Made by a program: the position numbers and the translations under genes
The notes under the pieces: model-generated
Databases searched by the model: none
Told to the model about the DNA's origin: nothing
The model's input: only the letters and a program-made list of their open reading frames with translations
Assembly: GCA_963848305.1 (NCBI GenBank)
Contig: CAWKDC010000004.1
Location: 1 to 51,504 of the forward strand
Direction: 5' to 3'
DNA length: 51,504 bases
From: an uncultured Gammaproteobacteria bacterium
Lineage (GTDB): Bacteria > Pseudomonadota > Gammaproteobacteria > JABCZS01
Shown here: positions 38,970 to 50,019 of the stretch, piece after piece
Layout: the number at the start of each line of letters is the position of its first letter
Numbering within the stretch: position 1 is the stretch's first letter

Positions 38970-39455
38970 TTATTTATTCCTCGCGCCACGGTGATTGCGT
39001 TGATTTTGTTGATGATAACAATAGGCTGACATCGCCAAGCCTCCGAGAATCACGACTGCAGAAAAGGCTATCATCACCCAGAACTGACTGGGAAATTCTG
39101 TGAGATCGTGTAGGGATTGTGTCGACAAGAAGTCGGAAGATTGATCGGGTGATTCAGGGAGTCGCATTGAAACAGGTTCACCTTCCTGTTGTGATATCCA
39201 TTCATTCAACCATTCTAAAATTTCTTTCATTTCCTCTTGAGTGGGTGATTCAGGGATTGGGAAGGGTAATGTCTCGTCTTCATGTTGAGACATCCACTCA
39301 TTCAGCCAATTGAGAATGGCATCCATCTCTTCACCTGTGAATTCGGGGAATACGGGTTCTTTGTAGATTTCGTTTTTTTGTGTCAAACCAGCCGTCAACC
39401 CGATGCCGAGTCCGCCTACGAGCACTGCGCCAGCCTTAGTGTATGAGAATAACAA
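38970..39455 (-). CDS. Hypothetical acidic membrane protein with an internal 32-aa duplication
   Basis: GGGGG RBS before TTG start; N- and C-terminal hydrophobic segments; T.EEM..IL.WLNEW.SQ.E.E......PESP twice. Confidence 0.65.
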   Translation of the reverse strand: MLFSYTKAGAVLVGGLGIGLTAGLTQKNEIYKEPVFPEFTGEEMDAILNWLNEWMSQHEDETLPFPIPESPTQEEMKEILEWLNEWISQQEGEPVSMRLPESPDQSSDFLSTQSLHDLTEFPSQFWVMIAFSAVVILGGLAMSAYCYHQQNQRNHRGARNK

Positions 39456-39504
39456 GCAACGCCCCCTTGAGATTAGTTCGTTTCCAAACGGTGCAGTCTA
39501 CCAT

Positions 39505-40299
39505 TTACTTGGGTGATGCGCTACTGCCCGCCAAAATACCCCCATCGAGCGTGATCTCTGCGCCCGTGACAAACTTGGATTCATCAGAAGCCAAATACAA
39601 TACAGCATACGCCACGTCGAGCGGCTCTCCCATATGTCCTAATGGAATGCCGGCAGCGACTTTAGCAATCGCTTGATCGCGTGATGCGTGACGCCTTAAC
39701 ATCGGATCCCATAGGGGCGTTAAGATAGCACCAGGATGAACTGAATTGCAACGTATGCCATATTTTTGCTCTGCGCAATAGAGCGCGACAGATTTCGTGT
39801 GGTTACGCACGCCCGCTTTGCTCGATGCGTATGCTGATGCATCGGGCACACCCACTATTCCTGAACGCGAAGACATGTTGATGATAGACCCGCCATTTTT
39901 TTTCATCAATCCAATGCCATAACGACAGCCTAAAAAGACACTGTCGAGATTAATGCGGTGAATGCGATGCCAAGTGTCAAGTGAAGCATGCTCAGGATCT
40001 TGCGAGGGATGCTCAGCTCCCAATCCAATGATGCCGGCGTTGTTGAATAAAATATCCAAGCGACCAGGATGTTGTGCAATGTCTTTGAACACACGTGCCC
40101 AATCCGCTTCTTGGCTCACATCGAGATGGTGGTACACGGCATGATCAGCACCTAATTTTTGTGCCAATGCTTTGCCCGCTGCATCATTAATATCAGCCAG
40201 GATCACAAACGCGCCTTCTGCCACAAACAGTTCAGCCGTGGCTGCGCCAATGCCACTAGATGCACCCGTAATCAACGCTATTTTGTCCTTAACACGCAT
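39505..40299 (-). CDS. Classical SDR-family oxidoreductase
   Basis: TGASSGIG, NNAG, YASSK, NSVHPG. Confidence 0.93.
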   Translation of the reverse strand: MRVKDKIALITGASSGIGAATAELFVAEGAFVILADINDAAGKALAQKLGADHAVYHHLDVSQEADWARVFKDIAQHPGRLDILFNNAGIIGLGAEHPSQDPEHASLDTWHRIHRINLDSVFLGCRYGIGLMKKNGGSIINMSSRSGIVGVPDASAYASSKAGVRNHTKSVALYCAEQKYGIRCNSVHPGAILTPLWDPMLRRHASRDQAIAKVAAGIPLGHMGEPLDVAYAVLYLASDESKFVTGAEITLDGGILAGSSASPK

Positions 40300-40312
40300 C
40301 AAGACTCTCCTG

Positions 40313-41761
40313 TCATTTATCCGGTAAATCGAGGCTTTTACGGATCCGCTTTTGCTTCTTCAGCAGCTCTTCATTCTCTTTGATTTTTGCTTCAATCAAA
40401 GACTGATAATAGGGCGACTTAGGCGGTTCCTTTTCCGCAGATTTTAGCGAAAACATGGCGCGCTCATACATGTGTAATGACATAGCATAATCGCCTTTTG
40501 CCAAATAAGCCAATTTATTATCCCCTAAATCAGTATAGGCGCGTGATAAGCGTGCGTAAAAATCAGGATCATCGGGGGATCGCAACAATGCATGGCGCAT
40601 GAGCATTTTAGCGGATTCGGTTTTTTTATTCTCCAAATAAAGATCTGCTAATTCAATCGTAAGACCCTTATCATCTGGGGATTGTTGTTGGGTAGCAACG
40701 GCCAATTGCAAACCGCGATCCACTTCACCTGTTTTGGTGAGCAGTTTCGCTTGTAGCATCGCCACGGTGGCGGGCATGCCTGGTTTGACAAGCGGCGACA
40801 GCATCTGGCGTGCAGCGACTGGATCGTGCGCCACGCGCAATAACATCATGGATTTGCCGTATCGAACACTGTCATCAGCGAGATTGGCTTTTGAATAATA
40901 TGCGCGCAAGTCATTGGCAGGGACACAGATGGCGCGCAAACGCTCTTTCATGAACGCATAAAGACTGGATTCATTGATCACTTGATTGGGATAACGCCCG
41001 GCACGACTTTGCGCATCGGCCATACGGTTGGTGGACACGGGGTGAGTTCGTAAGAATTCGGGGAGGTGGCCGCTGTCATTGTAACGAGATAATTCTTGCA
41101 TACGACCAAAAAAACCTGACATGCTGTTCACGTCAAATTCAGAGTGGGCGAGGGTATCAATCCCGATGCGATCAGCTTCCTCTTCATTGTGGCGGGTGAA
41201 ATTGATCGCAGCTTGTTGCGAAGCCGCCATGACGCCCGCAATGGCCGCCGACCCTATGCCAGGGACTGCAACCGCTACCGCAGCCGCGCCGATCAATGCG
41301 GCAATACTGGGAATAGACATTTGTTTGGCCCTTTCAAACATGCGCGAAATATGGCGCTGTGAAACGTGCGCGACTTCATGGGCCATGACGGCGGCTAATT
41401 CGCTTTCTCGGCGTGTTTGAAGGATGAGCCCTGCATGGACACCCACCCAGGCACCGGGGAGTGCAAATGCATTGACATGTGATTCATCGACGATGAAAAA
41501 ATGATAGGCGCGGTCGGGATCGTCGCTGTGCTTGACGAGTCGGTCTCCGAGAGACTGTATATAGTTGGATAACTGCGGATCATTGACGATGGCTTGCTGA
41601 TTTCGTAACTGTTCCATCACAAAATCCCCTAAAGCATTTTCTTGGGCGGCCGACAATGCCTGGGTGGCACTTGAACCCACGTCTGGCAAAGGCGTATCCG
41701 CTCCCGATGGAAGTGAGATCGCTGTGAGCAGCAGTATGGTAGATACCCAACGAATTTGCAT
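40313..41761 (-). CDS. bepA: M48 metalloprotease/chaperone with TPR-like repeats (BepA/YfgC-like)
   Basis: LPDVG, NAFALPG, HEVAH, EEEADRIG, FLRTHP. Confidence 0.88.
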   Translation of the reverse strand: MQIRWVSTILLLTAISLPSGADTPLPDVGSSATQALSAAQENALGDFVMEQLRNQQAIVNDPQLSNYIQSLGDRLVKHSDDPDRAYHFFIVDESHVNAFALPGAWVGVHAGLILQTRRESELAAVMAHEVAHVSQRHISRMFERAKQMSIPSIAALIGAAAVAVAVPGIGSAAIAGVMAASQQAAINFTRHNEEEADRIGIDTLAHSEFDVNSMSGFFGRMQELSRYNDSGHLPEFLRTHPVSTNRMADAQSRAGRYPNQVINESSLYAFMKERLRAICVPANDLRAYYSKANLADDSVRYGKSMMLLRVAHDPVAARQMLSPLVKPGMPATVAMLQAKLLTKTGEVDRGLQLAVATQQQSPDDKGLTIELADLYLENKKTESAKMLMRHALLRSPDDPDFYARLSRAYTDLGDNKLAYLAKGDYAMSLHMYERAMFSLKSAEKEPPKSPYYQSLIEAKIKENEELLKKQKRIRKSLDLPDK

Positions 41762-41876
41762 TCTATAGCCTGTTCCTAAATCGTTAGTATATGGCATGGA
41801 TTGATAAATTGTGCTAGACCTATAATCAAAGTGTTGTTAAATACGAATAAGCTAATTAACTAAAAAGGAAACACCC

Positions 41877-42776
41877 ATGTCAGATCGTCGATTGCAGGTA
41901 TTCTATGAAGTCGCTCGCCAGCTCAGCTTTACCAAGGCTGCAGATACCCTTGAAATGACACAGCCCGCTGTCACATTTCAAATCCGTCAACTGGAGGAAG
42001 AATTCAAAGCCCGTTTTTTTGACCGTTCCCATAATCGCATTGATTTAACAGATGCGGGTCGCCGTGCTTTTCAATATGCTGAGCGTATATTTGAAATTTA
42101 TCAAGAAATGCAAAATTCTTTGCAAAATGTCACAGGTAAAATCACCGGGACTTTGCGCATTGGAGCAGGTTCAGCATGTTCGCAATATATGCTGGTGAAA
42201 CTGTTGACTGAATATCAGCAGAAATTTCCTGAGGTGAATATTCAAGTGTTGGTGCGCCACGCGCAAAATGTTGTCAGCATGGTTGAAAACAGCGATGTCG
42301 ATATTGGCATTATTGAAGATTTTGTCGGCACCAAACAATTGAAATCACAACCTTATGCGAATGAACGCTGGCAGTTGGTGGCATGTCCGACGCATCCGTT
42401 GGCAAATGCGACCAATATCACGCCTGAAAAATTGAGGGCGCAGGCTTGGATTTTATCGGAAGATGGTGGATCAAATTCGGATGTGATGAATCATTTCTTG
42501 AAACATTTAGGATTGGCTGAGCATGATTTGAATGTGATCATGCAGATCAGCAGTCTGGAAGCGGTGAAATGTGCCGTTCAGTCCTGCCAGGCCTTAGCGA
42601 TTTTGCCGACAGCAGCGATTGAAAAAGAATTGGCGTCCGGCCATTTAGTGACCATTCATGCCGGTCCTGCTTATGTTCGCCAAGTAAAATTCTTATTCAA
42701 AGAGCAAAAATATCCTTTGCTCATTGTCGAAGAATTGCTGTCAATGGCACGTAGAACCTTGGAAGTCCCTGCATAG
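41877..42776 (+). CDS. LysR-family transcriptional regulator
   Basis: SFTKAADTLEMTQPAVTFQIRQLEEE, LTDAG. Confidence 0.93.
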   Translation: MSDRRLQVFYEVARQLSFTKAADTLEMTQPAVTFQIRQLEEEFKARFFDRSHNRIDLTDAGRRAFQYAERIFEIYQEMQNSLQNVTGKITGTLRIGAGSACSQYMLVKLLTEYQQKFPEVNIQVLVRHAQNVVSMVENSDVDIGIIEDFVGTKQLKSQPYANERWQLVACPTHPLANATNITPEKLRAQAWILSEDGGSNSDVMNHFLKHLGLAEHDLNVIMQISSLEAVKCAVQSCQALAILPTAAIEKELASGHLVTIHAGPAYVRQVKFLFKEQKYPLLIVEELLSMARRTLEVPA

Positions 42777-42788
42777 CAGTGTCGTCAA

Positions 42789-44200
42789 CTACATTTTATC
42801 GGAGGCATAGTCGGCCAATCTGGATCTTTCCCCGCGGCGCAACGTGATGTGTGCGCTGTAGGGCCAGTTCTGGAACGCGTCCACGACGTTGGCTAAGCCT
42901 GAGGTTGTCTCCGTTAAATAAGGCGTGTCAATTTGTGACAGGTTGCCCAAGCAGATGATTTTGGTGCCAGGGCCTGCACGTGTTAACAGGGTTTTCATTT
43001 GTTTCGCGGTTAAATTTTGTGCTTCATCAATGATGATGTACTTGTTTAGAAATGTGCGGCCACGCATGAAGTTCAATGATCGAATTTTGATCCGTGAACG
43101 CAGTAAATCTTGTGTGGCGCCCTGGCCCCATTCACCGCCAAATTCATTGCCAGTCAACACTTCCAAATTATCCATCAAGGCACCCATCCAAGGTGTCATT
43201 TTTTCCTCTTCTGTGCCCGGTAAAAAACCGATGTCTTCGCCGACTGGAATCGTGACACGGGTCATGATGATTTCACGGTAAATATTTTTATCCACCGTTT
43301 GCAGCAAACCTGCCGCGAGGGCTAATAAGGTTTTACCCGTGCCCGCGCCAAGCAACGTGACCATGTCAATGTCTTTGTCGAGTAAGAAATTCAAGGCAAA
43401 ATTTTGTTCTTGATTCCGTGCTTTGATCCCCCAAACAGCATGCGCACCTGAACGATAATCGTTGGCGATCTCAATCAATGCGCTGTCTCCTTCAACCGAT
43501 CGCACAATCGCTAGGAAATTTTCATCGGTATCACTGTATAAACACAAGTTGGTTTGCCACTTTTTGGTGATTGGGCAGCTTTGATGCGATAAAATGTATG
43601 TCCTTTTTCTTGCCAGGAATCCAATCCTTGGCTGTGTGTTTCCCAAAAGTCTTCAGGGAGTGAGAATAAACCACTGTACAATAAATCAGCATCTTCAATC
43701 ACGCGATCGTTTTGGTAATCTTCTGCGTGAATACCTAACATCGCCGCTTTGATGCGCATGTTAATGTCTTTCGAAACAAGTGTAATGCCGTGAAATTGAT
43801 TGCTTTTTTGTAAAGCAATCACCACCGCCAAAATACCATTGTCTGCCGTGCGCCCGGGTAGCTTTAATGTGGATTCTTCTGGAAATATTTCAGTTTGTAA
43901 GAAGATCCGTCCAGCAGGCAACTCATCATCTTTATGTGTCTTAAACGCGGGAATAGGAAGACCTTGTTTGATTTGTTCGCGTGTTGCTTTGCCCACCATG
44001 TCGCCTAAAAAGCGGCTGACTTGACGCGCATTGCGTGACACTTCAGACAATCCCTTTTTAGATTGATCTAATTCTTCGATCACAATCATGGGTAAATATA
44101 AATCATGTTCTTTGAATCGAAAGAATGCGGAAGGATCATGCATGAGTACGTTGGTGTCGATGACAAAAAGCCGTTTGCTACCATCTTGGGGAAAATTCAT
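42789..44200 (-). CDS. PIN-PhoH fusion protein (PhoH2-like; apparent frameshift at ~43570)
   Basis: PIN VIDTNVLMHDP...LVSKDINMRIKA; AGTGKT, GFLPG, RGRT, IIDEAQN. Confidence 0.9.
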
Positions 44201-44325
44201 AGGATATCCTTTCCTGAAAACTTATTTTTAGTTTAGACCAGTTTCTATTTTTATGGTATCTTTATGCTCTTAATTATTTTTGTCAGGTGCAGCATGCTAC
44301 ACTTTGACAACGAAGAGGAGTGTAC

Positions 44326-45201
44326 ATGTTAACAGGAAGCATCGTCGCGTTGGTCACCCCTTTTACCCTCGAAGGTCAGATTGACCTTGATGCCTTGCAT
44401 CGTTTGGTAGACTGGCATTTAGCAGTTGGCACGGATGGAATCGTGGTGGCTGGTTCGACCGGTGAAGCTGCGACGCTCACTGTTGATGAACGCGCAGCAT
44501 TGTTGTCAGCCGTGGTGAAACAGGTCAGGGGACGCGTGCCTGTTGTGGCGGGCACGGGGACAAATTGTACACAACAAACCATGGAATTGACCCGACAAGC
44601 TGCAACACTGGGTGCGGATGCTGCCTTGGTTGTGGTTCCCTATTATAATCGTCCAACGCAACAAGGTTTGTTCCTCCATTATGAATCCGTTGCAACGGTA
44701 GGGTTACCAGTCTTCTTGTATAATGTGCCCGGACGCACCGCCTGTGATTTGTTGCCTGAAACAGTGGTCGCATTGTCATCAATCCCGCATATTGTGGGCA
44801 TCAAAGAGGCCTCATCACATGAGCGCTGCATGGCTTTGTTGAACAGTTGCGCAGAATCCTTTTGTATTCTCACAGGCGAAGATGCACAGGCAAGGCTGTC
44901 GGTGATGTCGGGCGTGGCGGGGGTGATTTCTGTGGCAGCGAATGTGGTTCCAGCCGAGATGCATTTGTTGATGCGTTTCTCAGCGCAGGGGGATGCCGCT
45001 CAGGCGAACCCATTAGATGCCCGTCTTCAGCCGCTGTTTAGTGGTTTATTTTGTGAATCGAATCCCATTCCAGTTAAATGGGCGCTCAGTGAGATGGGGC
45101 TCATCAATCCGACCCTTCGGTTGCCTTTGACATTGCTTAGCGAAGAAAAACGTGTCACTATAAGGCGCCTTTTGGAAGAGACAGGAGTGGTTCGTGATTA
45201 G
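44326..45201 (+). CDS. dapA: 4-hydroxy-tetrahydrodipicolinate synthase
   Basis: ALVTPF, GSTGE, PYYNRP, LYNVPGRT, GIKEA, ESNPIPVK. Confidence 0.97.
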   Translation: MLTGSIVALVTPFTLEGQIDLDALHRLVDWHLAVGTDGIVVAGSTGEAATLTVDERAALLSAVVKQVRGRVPVVAGTGTNCTQQTMELTRQAATLGADAALVVVPYYNRPTQQGLFLHYESVATVGLPVFLYNVPGRTACDLLPETVVALSSIPHIVGIKEASSHERCMALLNSCAESFCILTGEDAQARLSVMSGVAGVISVAANVVPAEMHLLMRFSAQGDAAQANPLDARLQPLFSGLFCESNPIPVKWALSEMGLINPTLRLPLTLLSEEKRVTIRRLLEETGVVRD

Positions 45202-45481
45202 ACAATGTATTTTGATAGGGATGTGCTTATTGTTAGCGGGCTGTGGCTCCCTGAAAAAACAATGGATAGAATTTGCACCAGATCGCGACACCGTTTATCT
45301 TGATGCCGAGGTTTCACCCACACTGGCGATGCCAGATGGCCTGGCCATGAATAAAGCTTATTTATCGGATCCTTACCCGGTGCCGAAGGGATCATTGCCT
45401 GGTCATCAGGCTGAACCTGTGGACATTTATCCCCCGACTTTGAAGGAGACGTCTGATGTCGACGCAACCCACACGAATTAA
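45194..45481 (+). CDS. Short BamC/NlpB-like lipoprotein (N-terminal region only)
   Basis: LLAG-C lipobox; YLDA...L.MPDGL...YPVP...DIYPP; located between dapA and purC. Confidence 0.6.
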   Translation: MIRQCILIGMCLLLAGCGSLKKQWIEFAPDRDTVYLDAEVSPTLAMPDGLAMNKAYLSDPYPVPKGSLPGHQAEPVDIYPPTLKETSDVDATHTN

Positions 45482-46172
45482 ATTATTGTCCCAAGGTAAA
45501 GCGAAGGACATGTACACGAGCGATCAGCCTGGCCAACTTGTCATGGTTTTCCGTGACGACATGACTGCGTTTAATGGCGAAAAGAAGGAAGCATTTGAAG
45601 GGAAGGGTGCGGTCAATCATCGCATCACGCATCATTTAATGAATCATTTGGAGAGCATGGGGATTAAAACCCATTACCGAAGTTATGTGGATGAGACCCA
45701 GTGTTTGGTCTCTGCCTTGAAAATGCTGCCGATTGAATGCGTGATCCGCAATGTTGCTGCAGGTGGTTTTGCGAAACGCTTTGGTGTGCCTGTTGGTGAA
45801 GTCTTGAAAACGCCGATTTATGAATTGTTTTATAAACACGATGGCTTGGGCGACCCTATGATACGCGATGAGCATGCGCTTTATTTTGGCTGGGCGACAG
45901 AACAACAATTGGCAGACATGAAGGCTATCACCTTCCGTGTGAATGCGGTATTATCTGAACGGTTCCTAAGTTGCGGCATGACATTGGTTGATTTTAAACT
46001 GGAGTTTGGTTTGTTGGGCAATGAATTGTTGGTGGCGGATGAAATTTCGCCCGATAGCTGTCGCATTTGGGACAATAAAACCCAAGAGATCATGGATAAA
46101 GATCGTTTCCGTAAGGACTTGGGTGGGGTGGTTGAGCATTATCACAAGATTGCGCAACGGCTGGGTGTGTAG
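45456..46172 (+). CDS. purC: SAICAR synthase
   Basis: [41 protein letters not shown]. Confidence 0.97.
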   Translation: MSTQPTRIKLLSQGKAKDMYTSDQPGQLVMVFRDDMTAFNGEKKEAFEGKGAVNHRITHHLMNHLESMGIKTHYRSYVDETQCLVSALKMLPIECVIRNVAAGGFAKRFGVPVGEVLKTPIYELFYKHDGLGDPMIRDEHALYFGWATEQQLADMKAITFRVNAVLSERFLSCGMTLVDFKLEFGLLGNELLVADEISPDSCRIWDNKTQEIMDKDRFRKDLGGVVEHYHKIAQRLGV

Positions 46173-46190
46173 GGGCGCATATTTGCGCCC
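46168..46190. repeat. GTAG-type REP
   Basis: TGTAG-GGGCGCA-TATT-TGCGCCC. Confidence 0.65.
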
Positions 46191-46210
46191 GTCATATATG
46201 GGGAAAAATC

Positions 46211-46810
46211 ATGTTTAAGTCAATGCTACGTTATGTTATGATGTTCGCGGTGCTTGGGGTATCAACCCAGCCACTGTTTGCTGCAAAATTATCAAAGGAT
46301 GTTACCATGGCTCATAAAACTGTTGTATTACACACGAATAAAGGCGTGATCAAGATTGAACTGGATGCGGACAAAGCGCCCATCAGTGCTGAGAATTTCT
46401 TAAAGTATGCGAATGAAGGCTTTTATAATGGCACGATTTTCCATCGTGTGATTCCTGGCTTCATGATTCAGGGCGGCGGCTTTGATGGGAATTTTAAACA
46501 AAAAGAAACCCACAAGCCGATTAAAAATGAAGCCGCGAATGGTCTCAAAAATTTACGTGGGACGGTGGCCATGGCGCGCACTTCTGTGGTGGATTCTGCC
46601 ACGGCACAATTTTTCATCAACCTCAAGGACAACGATTTCCTCAACTACACTGCCCCTAACTCTCATGGGTATGGCTATGCAGTATTCGGTCATGTCACTG
46701 AAGGCATGGACATTGTGGATGCGATTGCGAAAGTCAAAACGGGGCACAAGCATGGGCATGCAGATGTTCCCGTGGAAAATGTCGTGATTGAAAAAGTCAC
46801 TGTTGAATAA
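46211..46810 (+). CDS. Cyclophilin-type peptidyl-prolyl isomerase with signal peptide (possible second start at MAHK)
   Basis: [34 protein letters not shown]. Confidence 0.95.
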   Translation: MFKSMLRYVMMFAVLGVSTQPLFAAKLSKDVTMAHKTVVLHTNKGVIKIELDADKAPISAENFLKYANEGFYNGTIFHRVIPGFMIQGGGFDGNFKQKETHKPIKNEAANGLKNLRGTVAMARTSVVDSATAQFFINLKDNDFLNYTAPNSHGYGYAVFGHVTEGMDIVDAIAKVKTGHKHGHADVPVENVVIEKVTVE

Positions 46811-46821
46811 ACCGACAGCGC

Positions 46822-47184
46822 TTAACCATCGGCATGCTTGATCAGTAGCGCTTGCACCTGGAGTTTCTCTAAAGGTTTTGCCAAAAACCCTGTCATTCCA
46901 GCGGCGAGCGCTTCTTCGCGTGTTTCGCGGTCAGTGTGCGCAGTGAGTGCATAAATCGGAGTTTTGATGGCGTTGCTGCGCATCTTTTTGCTGACCTCAA
47001 TCCCATGCGCATCCGGCAAGTCAAGATCCATGAAGATCAGGTCATATACTTTCGTTTTGACTTTTGTCATCGCTTCCTCGGCGGTAGACGCGAGGTCGAC
47101 ATCGCAATGATCTCCCAGTATGCATCGTGCAATTTTCCCTGCCAATAACAGGTCTTCAACCAACAAAACTTTCATCGATTTCAT
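46822..47184 (-). CDS. Single-domain response regulator (CheY-like)
   Basis: LLVED, DLIFMD, ALTA, KP. Confidence 0.9.
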   Translation of the reverse strand: MKSMKVLLVEDLLLAGKIARCILGDHCDVDLASTAEEAMTKVKTKVYDLIFMDLDLPDAHGIEVSKKMRSNAIKTPIYALTAHTDRETREEALAAGMTGFLAKPLEKLQVQALLIKHADG

Positions 47185-47226
47185 GACATATCTCCTTTGT
47201 GATACATCTTCATCATAGATCGAAAA

Positions 47227-47769
47227 TCAACGCGACACAAACTGTTTATTTTTCAATTCTTTAGTTAGCCAAGCTCCACGCTCGTATTCGCGCTCGAGGG
47301 CTTTGAAATTATTTTCCATTCTGTTCAGGTATTGCTGAACAGCCTGCAGGGTGTGGGGATGTAATGTCAGTTCGTTAATATGGGCTCTGAGGGTTTTTTT
47401 TTGGATGATAATGTCAGTCAATGTTTGTTGTGTGGAGGCGTCCATTTTGACCTCCTTTTGGCTCGTATTGATGATCAGGATGTCAAAGGCTTGCTGAATA
47501 GCGGCCCTAAAATGGTGAAGGTGTTGTTGTAGATGGCCATGACTCAGGGCGAATTGCACAAAGTGATGATGGGTTAGCTCAGCATGGGCAGCCTGTTCTG
47601 GGGCGATCAGATGATCAACATCTTGCAAAATGTTTTTTTGTATTTCATTGATTTCTTTGAGCGAATCTGCAAGCGCCGCAGGAGTGGGCGTTATTTTTTC
47701 TTGTATTTCATCTGTGTTTTCAAAGACCTTCCAGGGTGCTTCTCCCAACAATTGCTTCCAAATCCACAT
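47227..47769 (-). CDS. Hypothetical helical protein
   Basis: 180-aa ORF preceded by AAGGTGG. Confidence 0.6.
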   Translation of the reverse strand: MWIWKQLLGEAPWKVFENTDEIQEKITPTPAALADSLKEINEIQKNILQDVDHLIAPEQAAHAELTHHHFVQFALSHGHLQQHLHHFRAAIQQAFDILIINTSQKEVKMDASTQQTLTDIIIQKKTLRAHINELTLHPHTLQAVQQYLNRMENNFKALEREYERGAWLTKELKNKQFVSR

Positions 47770-47904
47770 GATGCCACCTTACTTCAGTTACTACGTTAAA
47801 TGAGTATAGACACTGAAGTAAGCTAACACCAATCTATATAATTAATGGCGACAATAAATGACTTTGTGGATGTGCCGGAAGGCTTCGTGCCTGATGACGT
47901 CACT

Positions 47905-48900
47905 TTATACCAATGCGAGATGGTCGTGCGTGGCGAAAACCTTCAATCGATCTTCAAAATGGGCGAACATGGCAGTATGGTCGGCATCAAAGCAAACCTT
48001 CACTTTCGGCAAGTCTGTCCATTCGTGGGGGTGTGACCAGCGGGCGCGATCGTCCATGATCATGTGACCCCGTAATAAACCTTCGCCGCCCACGACATGA
48101 ATGCCCCCCTGGCGGAAGGTGAACAGTTCAGGGTGCGTGAGATAGACGGCAGTGTGTAAGTCGTGGGGCAGAATCCCATCAACCGGTGCGCCTTTGTAAT
48201 CGCGCCAGCGGCAAAATTGCTGATAAAACTGCGAGATTTGGTGCAGATATTCGCCAATGTGGTTATGTTGCGCAAAACGATTCACTTGGCTGCGGGGGAT
48301 GACACCTCGTAAGGTGACATCGAGTGGGAATAGCGTGACGGGCCAGGTGGCTGAAAAGACTTTTTGTGCCGCTTCGGGATCGTTGTAAATATTGGCTTCA
48401 GCAGCAGGGTTGATATTGCCATTGACCTGAACGGCGCCGCCCATGATCACCACTTCTTTGACCAGCTCGACAATACCTGGGTCGTGGTCGAGGGCTAATG
48501 CAATATTGGCCATGGGCGCAATGGCGATGATCGTTATTTCACCCGGATTTTCGCGGATGATATCGCACATCATGACATGAGCGGGACGAGGATCATTTTG
48601 GCCAATGTTCTTAGCTTGAAACGTATTGCCTAACCCATCTTTGCCGTGCACAAAATCAGCACAGATAAAGGCAGGACGCTGGTACGGCTGATGGCTGCCT
48701 TCCGCGACAGGAATATGGTCTTGTCCAAAGCGATGGCACAGGTAACGCGCATTGAAAGCGGCCTGGGGGGTGGGCACATTGCCCAGCATGGTGGTGATGC
48801 CAACAACCTCAATTTGGGGGTGGGTTGCAAGGTAGAAGAGGGCGTAGGTATCGTCCACGCCAACATCGGTGTCAATGATAACTTTTTTGCGTTTGATCAT
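47905..48900 (-). CDS. Nucleoside hydrolase (IU-NH family)
   Basis: IIDTDVGVDD, VHGKDGLG, AEANIYNDPEAA, PLDVT, PHD. Confidence 0.93.
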   Translation of the reverse strand: MIKRKKVIIDTDVGVDDTYALFYLATHPQIEVVGITTMLGNVPTPQAAFNARYLCHRFGQDHIPVAEGSHQPYQRPAFICADFVHGKDGLGNTFQAKNIGQNDPRPAHVMMCDIIRENPGEITIIAIAPMANIALALDHDPGIVELVKEVVIMGGAVQVNGNINPAAEANIYNDPEAAQKVFSATWPVTLFPLDVTLRGVIPRSQVNRFAQHNHIGEYLHQISQFYQQFCRWRDYKGAPVDGILPHDLHTAVYLTHPELFTFRQGGIHVVGGEGLLRGHMIMDDRARWSHPHEWTDLPKVKVCFDADHTAMFAHFEDRLKVFATHDHLALV

Positions 48901-48901
48901 G

Positions 48902-49895
48902 TCAGTAACTCCGCGAAATCGCATAGTGAGCTAAGTCAATCATTCCTTGACGGTGTATTGTATCAGGAAATGCCTCAATTGCCGAGATCGCTTGGAGAAT
49001 ATATTGTTGAGCCAGGGCACGGGAATAAGTGAGCGCGCCCGTTTTGTTTAAAATGTCTTGAATATCAGGGAGATCCTGCTCGTTTCCGCCACGAATGGCA
49101 TTCGCGATAAAATCCTTTTGAGCGGGTGTGCCGTGTTCGAGGGCGTAAATCAGTGGGAGGGTCAGGCTCCCATCACTGAAATCATCCCCGAGGCGCTTGC
49201 CCAGGGTGTCGGTATTGCCTTGATAATCGAGTACATCATCAATCAGTTGGAAACCAATACCCAGTTGCATTCCGTAGGCGGCCAAGTGCATCAAGGGTAG
49301 AGTGATTAGCGCCTGCGATGATACCGGCCATCACGGCGGCTACCTCAAAGAGTTTGCCTGTTTTTTCAGACAGAATCGTCATGTGTTCTTCAATGGTCAG
49401 ATTCAGGTTTCCCCGTTGCGCCAATTGCATGAGCTCGCCCTGGGCGAGTGTGCGGGTGGCATTGGCCATGCATTGGGTGACCGCGATGTTTTCACAACCT
49501 GCCAATAGACCAAAGCTTCTGGAATAGAGATAATCGCCTACCAGGACGCTGGCAGGATTGCCCCAAATCTGCTTGGCCGTTGGACGGCCGCGACGCAGGG
49601 GGGAGTCGTCGACAACGTCATCATGCAGCAAAGTGGCTGTATGAACCAGCTCAATCGCCGTGGCCAAGTCAATATGGAAGGGACCTTCATAGCCCAAATG
49701 GCCAGTAACCAGCAATAAAACAATGGGGCGGAGACGTTTTCCACCTGCTTCAAGTACATGGGAGGACACATCAAGGGCGAGGCGGATATGTGGGTCGTTG
49801 TCTTGTAGCAGGGCTTCAACTTGGGCAAGGGCAGTTGCCACCGGGCGGCGGATGCTCTCGAGGGTAGGAATGTGGGTTTTTGCCTTCATGGGCAT
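48902..49895 (-). CDS. ispB: Octaprenyl-diphosphate synthase (apparent frameshift at ~49285)
   Basis: [32 protein letters not shown]; divergent from rplU. Confidence 0.92.
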
Positions 49896-50019
49896 GATAA
49901 TAGTCGGGATGGGGAGCAGGGTCAAAGGGTTTTGGGAATGCAGGGTTTTTTTAAAAAGGGCTTGCTTATTGGGGAAAATTCCTTTAAAATCCGGGTCTAG
50001 TTCAAAAGGGAGATGCACT

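Noticed and set aside
42789-44200. PIN-PhoH as a novel toxin-antitoxin or defence system
   Set aside because: It is a widespread known fusion and no adjacent antitoxin ORF is evident.
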